Source: Eledone cirrhosa (lineage: Eukaryota). Taken from it: DNA of 64,000 nucleotides. Of this stretch, positions 1 through 15,235 are shown piece after piece (within the stretch, counting starts at the first letter, position 1; every line of letters begins with the position of its first letter). The notes beneath the pieces were generated by a model. That model did no database searches, was not told where the DNA came from, and was given only the letters and a program-made list of their open reading frames with translations. The DNA lies in NCBI GenBank assembly GCA_964016885.1, contig OZ024742.1, positions 297,290,001 through 297,354,000 on the forward strand. The letters are read 5' to 3'. The translations under genes were made by a program, and so were the position numbers.

Positions 1-1084
1 AATCTTTGTTAAGCTATGCTCCATACACCAGTATAATAATGAAAAAAATATCATTTTCCTAAATCACTTCAAGTATCAAATTTGTGACTTGGCCTCATTC
101 ATTTACAGTAATTGCAAATTCCATTCTGATAGTTTCTTCCCTGACCTATGGATTTCTCTTCTGGCTTCTTGCTTTCTGATCACAAAAATTCAAAAACAAC
201 ATCAATCGTCACTTTCTCTCTTCCTTGAATTATCTTCTCTCTGTCTTGTCCTTTCTATTCCCAATAATCCTATGCATTTTAGTGGCTTTATTGCCTTGCT
301 TGGGGGAGAAAAAAAGTTTTGATTATTTGCAAAATCGTTTGAAAATCACTTGCAGAGTGTTTCATTATTATGAATGTGGTAATGAAAGGGTTAATATTTT
401 GGCATTGTCTATAGATTTTCATTATTCCATATTACAGATGTAAGAATGATAAAATACAAAGCACCATATCTCAAAAGTATCTCATTTTAGTGTACTCAGG
501 ATACTCTAGTGAAAATCTTGATTAATCTGATTTTCTGCTCATAAATCTATCTATAATTCACAATTTATAACACATTTCTCATATACAGAGCCTCTGGGTT
601 TTTACCATTATTGATGATAAACAAAATCAGTATTATGTAAGCAGGTGTGGCTTCAATACCAAGTTGTTTATGTCATTTGAGTCACAAGATTTTTAGTTTT
701 AGAATTTATGTTAGACCCTAGAATTTTCTCTGTTCAATAAACCAACAGCAAATTTGTATCTTCCCTTATCTTTCTATACATCTATATTATCCCTATATCT
801 CCTACAGCAGCATGCTTCAAGTTTTGTTTCCAATGAAATACAGCTGCAAGTTTTCAGTATTGAAATGTCATTTTCAACTGTGATTTGTAGTGGTTATCAG
901 AGTGCTGAAAGCATTACACTCATCATCTCCTCAGATATCAGAATATATAGATAATAAATTACTGGTGTATTAAGTGTATTGTTTCCATACTATACTGTAC
1001 TAAAGAATAATATCTCTATGAATGTTTAGCAATTACATGCCTACATATAGATTATTGTCTAAAAATCTATAGATATATTATGTA

Positions 1085-1400
1085 TGCATGTATCATCCCG
1101 TAACTCCTGATAGAGATGTAGGCGTGACGTATTGATATACAGCGTTTCTTGGGCACTTTAAGGCTAGTGGAGCCCATCGCTCTACAGGCAGATTTCTTCC
1201 AGAGAATGATAGAATGTGAGAGATAGGAAATGAGAATGAGATATAGAAGAAGTACTAGACTGGTACTTTTTTTATCGACCTCGAAAAGTTGAAATGCAAA
1301 GTTGACCTTGGCAGGATTTGAACTCAGAGAGCAGAGAGCTGGAACAAATTCCATAAAGCATTCTATTTGACATTCTAACGACTCTGCCATTTCGCTACCT
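1085..1400 (-). mobile_element. SINE copy (tRNA-derived head plus body); a homologous copy lies at about 36890-37165
   Basis: Minus strand has a B-box-like GAGTTCAAATCC and the core ...CAAGGTCAACTTTGC...GAGGTCGATAAAAAAAGTACCAG. The body GTTTCTTGGGCA..TTAAG...GTGGAGCCCATC is shared with 36890-37065. Confidence 0.65.
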
Positions 1401-3479
1401 ATAGATACATTATATAGTTCAGTAATTCTGTAGGAAGTAAAGTAAAAGAAAGCAGAAGAAAAACATATATCTAAAGATGATGAAGAAATGAAAGCCATGA
1501 GGTTGATAACAGGAGATGCAGAGGTTAGAGGTCACAAGACTAACCTTTGATTTAGCAAAACAGTCTTAAAACGCTTGTAGATCTGTATATTCTGTATACA
1601 GTATAACACTCAGAAAACAATGCTAGTGAATCAGTAATTCATTTATCAAGCTGGCAGTCAAGAATGTTATATATATATGCAAATTGATATAGCCATGTTA
1701 ACTGAAGCCACTAGTATCCCTGACCTTATAGACAGTGTCACTGTGTACAGGAAATGAGGATACTTAATCACTGATGAAATACCAGCACAGGATTGAAATT
1801 TGTATGGCAAATCCCTCTTTTTTCTGTCCACAAATATATGAATGGGAAAAATGTCACTGCTCAGAAACTCCATTTACTATCAACATCCAATCCATGATGG
1901 CCTCAAGATGCCATTACTAATGATGTGCAGACATGTGTTATAGATAATGCACCCACAGAATTACCTCAAATGACACAATGATGATGACTATGAAAGTAAA
2001 GCAAAGCCAAACCTTTCATGCAAAATTTATTTCTACAGTCATCTCCTTGATCGAGCTGCTGTCCTGGGTTGAGCATAGTTGGAGCTTGGGCAGCTGGCAT
2101 CTAGTGTGCTGTCATGGACTTGCAGCTCTTTACCTGCTGGATAACATGATAGGCAGCTAAAAAGAATGCTTGTGTTCTATAGAAGGTTAGTGGAAGTTAT
2201 GAATGATGATTGCCTAGGAGTGGTTAAGGGCATTGCCATGGACTGTCTGAACAGTTTCTACTTTATCTCCATATATTTGGAGTTACATACTGTGTTCTGC
2301 TTCATTTTTTATGGTTTATGGTGATGAGGCTTTGATCTTGTGCAGCAATTAAAAACCATTCAGTCTCGGTTTTTTATCCAGTACTAACAATTTAAAAAAG
2401 ATTTAGGCTATTTCTCTAAAGATGCTTTTTGAAGTGATGTCCAATCTAGTATCCTCCACCACAAACTAACTTGCCCTCTGCCTCTGGGTCCCATCCGACA
2501 GGGTGGAGAATGCATTGCCTCGGAGGATGGCGAAGGAAACATGCTGCAACAGCCACTGTCCAATATCTCCCTATTCTTTTGGGTATTGATTATGTAGGGA
2601 CTTTTCTTGCCATTGTTTTAGCATGGCTTTATCGATATCTGTTTTCAATTTACATTTTATCATTTGCATCTTATATGTTGTTTTGTCTTTTATTTTCATT
2701 TTCTTCATAATTATCTGTCAATTCAACTCCTGTTTTGAATTTGTTGGCTTCCTTGAAGGTTGACAATAATGTTTGCTTTGTTTCTGTTGCATGGCTGTTG
2801 TTGTTGTTGTTTATTTTGCTGGCAAAAAAAAACAGTGAAATAAGAAGACAGGTATAACTTATTAAATCACAAACTAGAATATGACAAATTTGAAACAGCT
2901 TCTCAGGCATGACAAATATTTTAATACATAGCCATTGCACCATAGTATTGAAGTAACCAAGTCACATCAGTACTGTTTTACTCTTTCAACTAGAATATAT
3001 TAAGATTATGCATGGCTACCTTCATTGCAACCAAACGTTATGGTAATCAGTTAGTTTTATTTTAAACTGGACATTGACTAATGCTGGAACAAGAAAGGTT
3101 TGGTAATCTTACTGAACCATTTAACTAATGCAAGAATGGAAGAAAATTATGATAATGGAAACAATAGTTTTATTACATGTGGTGTGAAACTCCATCAGTT
3201 TCGTCAATGAGTGTTCCAGTTGTTCAATCAATAGAGGAGCCTGCTCGTGTAATTAATGTGTAAGTGGTTGAACATTTAATACCTGTTGATGCTAAATGCT
3301 GTTTCTATTTGGATGGTTGACTTAATCTGTTGCCCAGTTTAATACCAGTATCTTTGGGTGTTTTAGTGGAGATCACTCTTTTGTAAACATTCAGGCTGCA
3401 TCTCTGGTTTGAGGATAACTTCATCCTTTCCTCCCACTAATCTCAGAGGCCCTGAAAAAACAAAGAGTCATTGAAACTA

Positions 3480-3850
3480 CCTTAGTGGTTTCATTTTTTC
3501 ATGTAGTGGACATGTGGTTAAAATGACTCAGGAAAGAATTGCTGGACAAATTTTACGGGAAAAACCAACCATCTACCCAGATTTTACGGCCAAATCCAAC
3601 CATCTACCCAGATTTTATGGGCAAATCCAAACATCTACCCAGATTTTACTGGCAAAACCAACAATCTACCCAGATTTTACGGGTAAATCCAACCATCTAC
3701 CCAGGGGTAGACCCCGAGCAAGATGGTTGGATAACATACATGAGCTTGGCTGGTCTCGCTTAGGGATCTAGCCAGATCAGTTGGTTGCTTCTGACAGAGG
3801 ACCCACTTCTGTCCCAACAACCCACTCTGGAATAAATGGGGAAAAAAGAG
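3480..3850 (+). mobile_element. 3' fragment of an RTE-type LINE with an internal 31-bp minisatellite
   Basis: Translates GHVVKMTQERIAGQI...PRGRPRARWLDNI, the typical RTE ORF C-terminus. Homologous to 11440-11690. Confidence 0.7.
3547..3701 (+). repeat. Minisatellite, 5 x 31 bp (CAGATTTTACGGCCAAATCCAACCATCTACC)
   Basis: Units start at 3547, 3578, 3609, 3640 and 3671. Confidence 0.92.
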
Positions 3851-6800
3851 GAAAGCAGAAGAAGGGTTCATTTTTTTCGTCGTACTTACACTAACTTTAT
3901 GTAACATATAACAGTATTCAATATATATTCTAAAGCATATGAGTAATTTTATTGACAAGAAAGATGAATGCAAAAAAATTATTATTAATTTCTTCTCAAC
4001 TCAGTGACCTTAGTCTAACAATGAAACCAGTAAACTGTACATTGAATTCTAGTCACACTTTTACTCTACTTTTTCGTTGTTGTTTTGTTTTCTTGGAAAT
4101 TGAATGAAATGGGAGGAGTTAGATGTACAATCCTTAGTAGAGCATTAGCAAAGGAACACAAGACCATGACACAATTCAGGCATTGCTACTTTTTGTGAAG
4201 TGTTAATGGAAAAGACATAGAGGAAATCAGAAGAGAGGTGAAGGTGATTGATTAAGAAAAAAAAAAAAAACAGATGTCAAGGTGTGGGAATTAGCAAATA
4301 ATAATTATTGACAGAGAAGCAGGTATGGTATTACATAGATATCTTTTTCCTTAATGAAACTATTGCTCATATTGAGAGAATGGTGTAAATTGTATTATAA
4401 TTAATCTGTCACTGATAACAGACCAAGTAATTAATTAAGATGCTTTACTTGCCAGCAGCTGGGCATGCCATTCTGTGTTCTAATGGAAATAAAGAAAAGA
4501 AATGTTGTTTCATCTATTTTCCTTTTTATCTGCAATATTAATGATGAAGTGTCTGATTAAAATTATTTAGATTAACGCCTTGGATCATTAAATCTTAAGC
4601 AATTTCAAGTCTTGAGAAAATAAGTAGGGTGATTTACATTTGAAGTAAGGTAGAACACATACACAGCAAGATGGACTTTATGGCTATTTTCCATGCTAAA
4701 TTAGAAGTTAGTCTTGTGGGTCTCATGACATGCTTCTCTATTACCCCTATCATCATCATTCCCTCTCAACAACTATCATATCTTTATCCAAAATGTTTAG
4801 TAATGTTTTTCTGTGTGTATTCAGTTTAAAGTTGGTATCTTATAGCTTGCATGTCATAAACGGTGGCTAAAATGGTTTCCAACAATAAAGCATCACCTCT
4901 AAATGATACGTATAATTTTGAAGAGACATCTGCTGAAATTTGTATTTACTTAAATAAAGTTCTTTTGCATCAAGAATTGTGCATGTATGCACATGCACAC
5001 ACATTCACACAGGCATGCACATGCATTCATTCACACACATATTCATGCATGCACATGCACACACATGCCTGCACACACACACACATGCATACATGTACAC
5101 CCACATGCATGTACAAACACACACATAATTAAAACATATGTTTATAATTTACATACATTGCATACAGCTGTTGTTGGACATTTTCTCCATCAGTTATTGA
5201 CTAGGAATCATAACAATTTTGGCCCTCGCCAATAGTATTGCTGTAGTGGTACTGAGCTGCAATGAGGCTACCACAGAATGTCAGAATTATTTTGGCCCAC
5301 TGTGTTGTAAGATGCATGTAAAAGGGTTGCCATTAAGAAAGTCATGTGATCATAATGATTAGCCTCAAAATCACCTATCCAGCCTATCACAACATAAAAA
5401 TATGGGTGAAACAATGACCTCTAGTCCTTCTCTACTCAGTTAACCTGTCATGCCCACATTTCTAATGAAATACACTCTATTTCAATTAATTAATGAAGAA
5501 TTTTGAGGGATTTACTAAAATTATAATTATTTCATTACTAAGATAGTAACTTAATATAAGGTTCTTATATAAAATTATGTTGGAAGATTTTAATTTAAAT
5601 TTGAAACCTTTAAAATAGGTGACTTTATTTCATATAACCAGAGCCAGTTTTGGGTGGATTGGTAACAAAAGAGTTAAGAAGACAGACAGCCTGAGTCAAT
5701 CTTGTAAAGACATAAGTCAACATTGTGGCATCAATTTTGAATGTATTTTCAAACACCAATAACCCATCTAAAATATATCCTTCTTCTGCCCTATTGACTT
5801 TATTTTAACTCTATAAAATATAGAAGGGAAATAATGTAAGAATATGACAAAAACTTTAGCTATATTAGTAATGATATAACTTCAAACAGACTAATTGAAT
5901 TTAGCAAAATACTGTTAATGGAATCACTAGTCCACATGCTGTGCCATATCTAACTGCTTGCAATGGCTCATTTTCCATATGTCACTACATAGGTAGTTAG
6001 AGATTGCACACAATAGATTTACAATTATGTTGCCAGTTTTATTGTGCAACTGCATTATTCAACTTGATGATTCAATTTTACATTTCACTTTTGATGAATA
6101 AAAGCAATTTCATTTTACACTCACTTCAACAAGTAATGAAAATTGTTAGACACATAGTTTTGTGTAGACAGACTTATTATTGGACTTAATAAGATGTATG
6201 GATTAAAATGACCGTCAAATTAGCATTGTACACAAAGATGTTGCAATGTAATAATAACTTGACATGTTGTACGTATTCTGCAACAACAAAAACCAATTAC
6301 AGTTAGTTAAGTGTGACAAATTTGGTATGAAAAAAGTATATATATATACTGAGAGTATTTGTTTTATAGGTTTTGTCTGAAAGATAAGTCTATGCCTATA
6401 GTTTTCACAGCCCCTCCAAGACTAGTAAAAATGACATGGTTGTGTTCTTTAACATAATTATTGTCAGATGCAAGAAAACCATGAAAAAGAAAATTCTAGA
6501 AAGCTGATGTTTTGAGGATGAAGGACTATGTTAAATGGAGAGTTCAGGGATGAGAAAGAAAGACAAGTGAGTTATGGGTGGCCAAGAGGATGTGATACAA
6601 GAAGACCAAACAGCTCTAAGAAACAGAAGCCACTGCATTTGCAGTAGAACAGACATATATGTCTGTGATCCAAGAGCTGGAGTGTGTTAGTGAAAAACAA
6701 ATAAATGAAGGTATTCACATGTAGTATTCCTAGTGTTAGATAATTAAATGTCTTTCATTTTAAACCTTTATCATAGAAGGTTGAATATCAACGAGAAATT

Positions 6801-7486
6801 GCCTACTATCTGTATACCACATTACCATTTAGAGGGCTTCACAGAGAGTTAGTGTTGTGATATGTTAGTTCTGATTGAGCAGTAAACCTTCCCTATCAGC
6901 ATGCTGCAATCACAAGCCAACAGACAAGCCATCACTGGAACTATTATATAATTACTAACAAATCTAAAGATTTTGTCATATTCACACATTATTTCCTCCA
7001 TATATTTTAAATTATATATTATTAAGGAGTATATGAAGGCATATAACAATGTATAATAATATATGTCTTGCTATGAGTGTTTTAAACTGGAATCAGTGAT
7101 ACATATATATAAACACAACTACTCATACACATGAGATGGGGAGAGCGAGAAAGATAGAGGCAGTGAGAAAAAGAGAGAGCATCAGTGATGTGGTTATATG
7201 TATGAAGACATTAGTAAAGGAAGACTAAACAAATCAAGTATATATATATATGTGTATGTTGTGTGCATGTTTATGTGTAATGCATGTGTTTGTTATATTT
7301 TTGTTTGTGTATGTGTATATACATTATATAGACTTTCAGATTCCAACACAATCTTTTAAAGGATGCCAAGGAAAAGCTAGGGATGTAAAAAAAAGTCAAG
7401 ATAGAAAGCATTTAATTGCTGTTACATTTTGTTGTGATACATTTAAACCCATGCTAGTGTGGAAGATAGACGTTAAACGATGGTGG

Positions 7487-7532
<46 letters not shown>

Positions 7533-10500
7533 AACATTTTAAGCATACAGTAATTTTAAGTTTTGTCTTTTCTCAAAAATAGTGGCAGAATAATGATCCC
7601 AATGGGAATCAATATCACAAGAAACTCCCCCCACCCCCCAAAAAATCATTTAAATAAATTACCCTACAATGTTGTCTCCTAGCAATCAGATAAACTATTT
7701 AAGATAATTCCTCAGATAGAACTGTGTTTTAAAATATTAGATTTAAAAATATATGAAGATGACTTGAAGCTGGTAAATCATTTCCATATGTGCAAACATG
7801 GCTGTGTGGTTATGTAATTCACTTCACAACCTTATGATTTTGAGTTCATTTCAATTGTGTGTCACCATTAGTTAATATCTGTTATGATAGCCTCATGTTG
7901 ACTAATACCTTGGTCATTTGCATGACTGATGTGGCAGGGTTAAAAGGGAAGGTGTGGGGGATAGTTGAAAGGAAGAAAAGGGGTAAGAAATTACAACTCT
8001 ACGAGTCTTTCCACTGTGATATTTCTCTGTTCCTTCTTATACAACAGTTATTCTTCACACATCTCATATGTCCTCCCATTTGCAGACCATCTCTCATCCA
8101 CACCACAAATCCAACAGAGAAGCCTCCCTATTTTCAGCAGAAGTACTATCTCCATAAATCTTCTCCAGCCCATCCCCATGTCTGCTATCATGCTTTCAAA
8201 ATCCATGGAAATGGCTCTATTCTTTGCACCAAACATTTAACCATCTTCCTTTCCCCCTCTCCTACTTTATGCATGCACAGACTCACACAAACACACAGGT
8301 ACGCATGTGTGTGAATATATATATACATATGGGAGCTGATAAATGTTCTAGTTATATCTTATAACACATATAATGCTGAATCTTTTCAATATTGAACGAG
8401 TTATCAGAGTTTAATGTTGAATAGATTGATTGTTCCTAAAATTCAAAGGGACAGCTTTATCACACAGTGTCACATTGAATCTTTTGAAGAATCATACTAA
8501 AGGTACATTTGTCTATGGAAAACTCAGTCACTTACTTGGAATTTAATTCATAGTCTATTCCAGTGAAACTGCTGGGTGGAAGTTAGTGTTGTTAAAGCCA
8601 TAGAAAAATACCTTTATTTTTGCTTGATTTCATTTCACGTTTCTATTCCATTATATATCTGAAAGCACAAGCACATGAATATTAATGAATATTAATTTTG
8701 ATAATTCAATATTTGTTTCAATTTTTTAAAAGAATTTTCTTTGGCAATATATTAAAAAGTAAGATTTTTACTGAACCAATTTCATGGAAAAATACATCTT
8801 AAATAATAAAATCTTGACAGCTTCTCACAGACTAAAGCTAATCTTATTTTGACCTATATATTTATTTTTGATTTAATGAAATACAAAGCTGAAAATGTTC
8901 CATTTGTTAGTTTACTATTCTCCCGTCCATAAATTTATGATGCCAATCTTATATTCTGAAAGCCTTATATCTTCTTTCAATGTACAATCAATTGTGCGAA
9001 TGCTGAAATATATGAAGAAAAATAAACAGATACATAAAGTGCTTTTATGAAGTTCGTCATAAACATAAATATTATGATTCTAGACAATAAACTTTGAAGC
9101 ATTGCTTCATACTATAAGCAATATATCAACTTGTCAGCATAATTCTATATTTTATTCATTTGTATCTTTTTTTTTTGAGGACTTATAAATAAAACATGAG
9201 AGGAATTAGCAGTGTTAGTAAATGTGTGATGACCAGTAGCATATTTATCAAAGACACTCTGTGATCTCAAAACGTCATCACACTGTCTATACCGGATGTT
9301 GTAGTTTTATTGATATCTGTTTGCATGCTCAATTTTCATGGGTTTCCTGCCTATCTTTTATGATTCTCATCATCATCAAAATCATCCTCAACTTCATCAT
9401 TATCATCATCATCATCATCATCGTTATCATAAGTGGTTGCATGGGTTAGACAGGTTGACACAAAATGAATTAGACTAGTTTGAGAACTACATCTTGATCA
9501 TATATACCTTTTTTTTGGCATGGTCTCTATATCTGGATGCTCTTCCTAAAAGCAACCACTTCACAGCATGTACTGGGTGCATTTTATTGTGGCACCAACA
9601 TTATCACCTTTCATATTTCCCGAAAAAAAGAAAGACTTATTTCACTTGTGCTTTGGTATTAAAATTATCATTATCTAGTAAAGTATCGGTGCTAGGAGGG
9701 GCATCCAACTGTAGAAATCATACCAAAAATAAACTATCTATAAAACTGCCATGCTAAAACTCATTCAGTACACTCTGTATAGAGGTTGGCAATAGGAATA
9801 GAATCCATCTATAGAAACCATGCTAAAAATGAAACATATTGAGCAATATCTGAATTCCTAACCCCTCTGAAAGAACAGAAGTTCTGATAAAGTAATTGGC
9901 CTTTAATCATTTGTCCGACCTTTGCCAACATAGTTTAATGGACATAAAATGATGACAATGATGATGATGATCACGACAATGATTCAAACTCAAGGATTAC
10001 TTGCAAAATTAAATGGATTGTATATTAGAAAAAAGATATATTCCTTATAATCATAGAATTACTTATACATACTTACACTCTTTACATATCGGATTTGTAC
10101 AACGAATCCATATAAAATATAAAGATTTTTCACAACATTCAAAAACAATGATTACAGATGTTAGTATTAGCTGCATACAAATATTATTTTCTAACATTCT
10201 ATTAAAAACTCAAGCAATGAAAAAGTAAAATAAATCATACATTATCATCATCCTACATCATCACCACATCATCATCATCATTTAACATCTGTTTTCTCTG
10301 CTTGCAAAGGTTGGACGGTTCATCACAGATATAATTAGTACTTAATTAGAGATACTGGCCACTTAGAACAGCTGTGAGCCTCATCCCACTTATATATGTT
10401 CCTGAACGTTACAGAATGTACAGGGTATAATATATTGTGATAATAGCATTAGGGAGATCGTCATGTCTTTGACATAATGAAAAGTTCTCTTGGTCCTTTG

Positions 10501-10829
10501 TTTGGCAAGTTTTCTATGACTAGATACCATTCATATAACCAACCAATTTACAGAGTTTACTAAGTATATTTTATCATGGCACCAGCAGTAGGGGGATTGC
10601 TGTGCCCTTGACACAACTGGAGTCCTCTCAACACTTTGTTTGGCAGGTTTTTAAGGCTGGTACAAAACTGTCAATTTTCAAATGTTCATACTTATATTAG
10701 AACTATCCATTATAATTTTATTTCAGAATTTTTTGTTAAAGTAATGTTCTAAACATCATTCTACTAATGAAAAGTTTAGTTATTTTATTTAATTATTTTA
10801 TGTTTTGGATTATTTCCTGCCAAGGGTGT

Positions 10830-11690
10830 GTACAGGCAGATAAAGGATCAGTTGGCTGAAATTTGCTGATGACATGATATTCCTTAGCTTGTCAGAAGGT
10901 GATCACTGACATGCACTTGATAGGTTTGCTGCCAATGCAGCATGGCTGGAATGACAATTAGTGCTGCAAAAATAGAGACACTCATCCTTTCAAGGACGCC
11001 AGCACAGTGCACTCTACATGTGAATGGAGTTCCATTGAAGCAAGTGGAAAAACTGAAGTATTGCAGGGTCACATTCACAAGTGATGGAAAGCAGGAAGAT
11101 GAATTATGTGGGAGAATTACAGGAGCTGGTGCAGTCATAAGCCAGCTTCAACATTCAGTAATCAAAAGAAGTGAGGTAGGTATAAATGTCAAACTTTCTA
11201 TCTTCAATTCAGTATTTGTGTCAACCCTTACTTATGTTCAAGAATCTTGGGTAAAGACAAAAAGAATGCAATCATCATCATCATCATCTTCGTTTAACAT
11301 CCATTTTCTACGCTAGCATGCATGGTTCCTCCGAAAGGTCTTTGGAGTAACATTACTCAATAGAGAGCATAGCCCAAAGATCAGAACGTCACTCCAGGTA
11401 GAATTGATACTTCTCTGAATTGAGAGATCACAGCTCCGATATTATGGGCATATGGTTAGAATGTCTCAGGAAAGAATCCCTTGACAGATTTTATGGGCAA
11501 AACCTATTGGCAGGAGACCCAAGAGTTAACCACCAAGCCAGATGATTGGATATAACATCCATGAGCTTTGCTGGTCTCCCTTGGGGATCAAACTGGATTA
11601 ATTGGAGACGGTTGCTTCTGACAGGACCTGATGGAAGGAGTGTTTGAGGACTCTGCCAACATGACACTCTCAAGAATGAAGAAGAATTTT
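10830..11690 (+). pseudogene. Decayed RTE-clade LINE, reverse transcriptase C-terminal half
   Basis: LKFADDMIFL catalytic motif, then VPLKQVEKLKY and KLSIFNSVFVSTLTY.QESW. Contains stops and frameshifts, and is interrupted at about 11272-11321 by a short (TCA)n-tailed RTE 3' end in the opposite orientation. Confidence 0.8.
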
Positions 11691-13479
11691 CCAAATTAAT
11701 TGCAGTGTATTTAATCAGAAATATGGTAATAATGAGGTTAGGGCAAGTGGTGACAGTTGTTTCTGTCCAACATAATACATCCTACAGTGTAGTGTTTCAA
11801 TGAATGTCATTGGTAGATACCATAATTAAAAGTAAAATATAGATTTGCATAAGGTCTGTAAAACAACTGCCTCAAAACATCTCCTCTAACCCATGACAGG
11901 ATTTATGCACATATAAAAATTATGATGATGTTTATTTATGGACAAAATTTAAACAAAAAGCAAGGCCATGCTATGTAAACAAATTTTTCCGGTTGTTATC
12001 TACAAATAGTTCCATCAGTATTTTGTTTCTTCCTTAAATTTCTATTTTCATTCCAAATTCTCTTTTCTATTTGTCTGCCATTATTTTGATATTCCTACTA
12101 AAAATAGACCCAACTGTAAAACCGTTCTGAGCTCTTTTACAGCATTTTCTTCTCTTCATTTCTTTTTCTCCTGTATTTTTTAATGTATTTCTCTCTCCTT
12201 TTATACACATCACATAGTATCAGCTACGCATCCATTAAGAGAATTTCCCTGATAAAAAATCTTTTAACAAAGCAAACATTAACGATGTAAAAGCATGCAG
12301 TAACACATCTAACAACAAACATTTTTAGCAGAACTTTTCTGTTCCTTAACTTGGCTTAACAGAAATTGGCCATAAAGCTGCCTTTGCTGATATTTTTGTA
12401 GGTCTCTTGTAATGTATAGTACAATACAAAGCTTATTTGGTGTTCTTGTTGTTGTTGTTTTCATCTTTATTATAATTTTCCTATTCATAGTTATAAGTGT
12501 CATTCTATAGAATAAGAGTGTACTTTATTTCTGTAAGAGATTCTCCTTTTATAAAAAAAAAACCAAAAAAACCAGCCAAAGTTGCCAACCAAATTTGAAA
12601 ATTATAGACATGACAGTCCAAATGAAAATCCTACCATAATTTTATTGATATACTTTGGTAACATAAGGCAGTGGATTGATCTAATCAAACAATATATTAT
12701 GGAGTGGTTAGTTACGGATCTTTACATTCTGAATTCAAATCTCATTGAGGTCAACTTCACCCATCATCCTTTCAGGATTGATAGATAAAGTACTTGTCAT
12801 ATACTAGGGTCAAATGAATCAACTTCTGGCCTTATGTCTAAATTAGATTTCATTAGAGTTCCCTAAGTGACAGGTGTTCTTCATACTCATTATTTTACTT
12901 CTGCTTTTCATGCTGCCATGAGTTGGACCATCATCATCATCATCATTATTTGACATTCCCTTTCCATGTTGGTCATGTATTGGACAAGTTATCATGATTA
13001 AAGGTAATCAATATTCAAAGTTACTACTCCCATATCCTGATGAATTAGGGAATTATGTGTTGCCCATATGTTCCATTTTCTGTGTGAGTTTTTTTCTACA
13101 GCTTGATGCCCTCCCTAACAACACCAACAATTTTATAGGCTACCTAAAAACGGAATAGTAACCATGTATTGAATTTTAACAAACAAAACTTAAATCAATG
13201 TCTCAATGAAATGTTTTTACAAACCTAATCAATAAATATCAAATAACAATAAACTTAACATGGTTGGTTAGAAAATACAAAATATTAATAGAGTACAATA
13301 TATTACTTGCTTCGTAGGCCTATAATTCACATCTGGGTTGGGCTTATTACCTTTTTTTTTGTTGGTGGGGTGCTATATTTTACTTTGGTAGAGCTTACAC
13401 CTTACTTTGGCCTGAGCCTATTACCTGCATTGTATGGGCCTGAATACAAGTCTACAATAATTAAAGAAATTTAGCAATA

Positions 13480-13900
13480 AGTTGCCTCATGTCTCAACAC
13501 ATCGATTGGAGCATGCTCACCTCATTTCTTTCCAATCAAAAGTTCTCCATACACAAAGCCCGTCTCACTTCGATGTAGCATTGCCACCATTTGCACACAA
13601 TCGTCATACAATCTACCTTTCACTCTGAGGAAGAGGCTCTTTGTAGCCAGCAGTTGTAGTAGCTCCTTGAATCCTTCCAGCCATTCCTCACTCTGATTAC
13701 CAGATTTTCAGAACACACATCTCCACTGTTAATTTAGACTTCCAAGTACCAAAACCTATTAACTACCAATAAGGACCCATCTAAGCATTTGATAGGGCTT
13801 GTTTCATGTGAACTCCTGTGCATCAACCACATACAAAGCCTACATTCTTTGCTAGCTTACCTACAATCTCTGGACCTATAGCTTACTTAATATGGAATTG
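13480..13900 (-). pseudogene. Degenerate RTE LINE fragment
   Basis: Similar to about 42660-42900 of the intact RTE (CATTGCCACCAT...CATACAATCTACCTTTCACTCTGAGG). Confidence 0.6.
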
Positions 13901-14879
13901 CTACCTACTCTTTTCCTGCACACCAGTGCCTTGTTTTCTTTTTTACTTACTAGGACATTAATCTTTGACATTAAGGCCTGATTCTAGGTTTTCCTTCACC
14001 CTATTACTAACTGCTAATCTTGTTTACCAATATACAACTCACTGTTTTTTGGTATATTATTGCTGGTTTCGTAAATCTCTTATTAAAATGTAATTATTGT
14101 TGGATAATTTACATTTAACTCAATTTATTTACCAGTGCACATTTATGTTGCTTATATTTGGCAACATTTCCACCATTGTCAACTTACTACAGATGACTTA
14201 TGAACTAGAAGTATCTAGTTTTTGGCAAAGTGTTATAAATCTTTCATAGACTATAAATATATCTCTAATGACAAGAGGATTCTATAATTTATTCCTTGTT
14301 TCACCCATTTTATTGTAATTCTTTTATATTTTATGTTTAACCTCATTCTTAGTTTCTTCTCCAATTTGCAATCAAATCTATCTCAGACTCTGTTATCCAC
14401 TGAAGAATATATCTCTCAAAAACCATTGACTATTATTAAAACCAAAATAATTCTTTCTTGTTTTATTTGACAATAGTTCAAATATGGTATATATATTGCT
14501 AAACAACAAAAACTTTGCAAAGATTCGATACAGTTTAGGTCTTTCCTATATCTTATAGAAAATTGATATAATTATAAATTATAATATATTAATGGATGTA
14601 GGCATGACTGAGGGGTTTAGAAGTTGCTTTGAAATCATTATGGCCTGTGTTCATTCTAACTGCAAGGCCTTTTGGGCAAGTGATTTTACCATAGCCTCGG
14701 ATTGATACAAGCATTATGAGTTAAATTTGGTGGGTGGAAACTGTTTGGAAGTCCAATGGATGAGCTGTGCTTATTCAAATATTCAGTATTTTCACATATT
14801 GACACATGTTAATCTAGCCTGGGAACTATATAACTAGGGAATACTCATCCATTTACATATTAATTCATAGTCATTATTT

Positions 14880-15235
14880 TTGAAGATGATGATGATGACA
14901 ACACTGATGATGATGACGATGACAAAGATTATGATTATGATGCTGATGACAATGACGATGATGAAGATAATGACGATTATGATGACGATTATGATGATGA
15001 AAACGGTGATAATGATCACAATGACAATGAGGCCAATGATGTTGGTGATGTTGATGAGAATGATGAAGAGAACAATGATGATGATTATGATGAGTATGAC
15101 GACGATGATGATGACAATGAATTGTGATAATGATGATGCTTATGAGCATGTTGTTGATGATGACAACGATTATGGTATTGGTGAAGTGTATGGTAATGAT
15201 GATTATGATGGTGATGTGGTATTAATAATGATGGG
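14880..15235. repeat. Degenerate (GAT)n trinucleotide microsatellite
   Basis: Imperfect GAT/GAC/AAT triplet run; explains the spurious poly-M/H/I ORFs. Confidence 0.9.

Noticed and set aside
3547-3701. CRISPR-like array
   Set aside because: Contiguous 31-bp tandem units with no unique spacers, inside a LINE, with no cas genes and a eukaryotic context.
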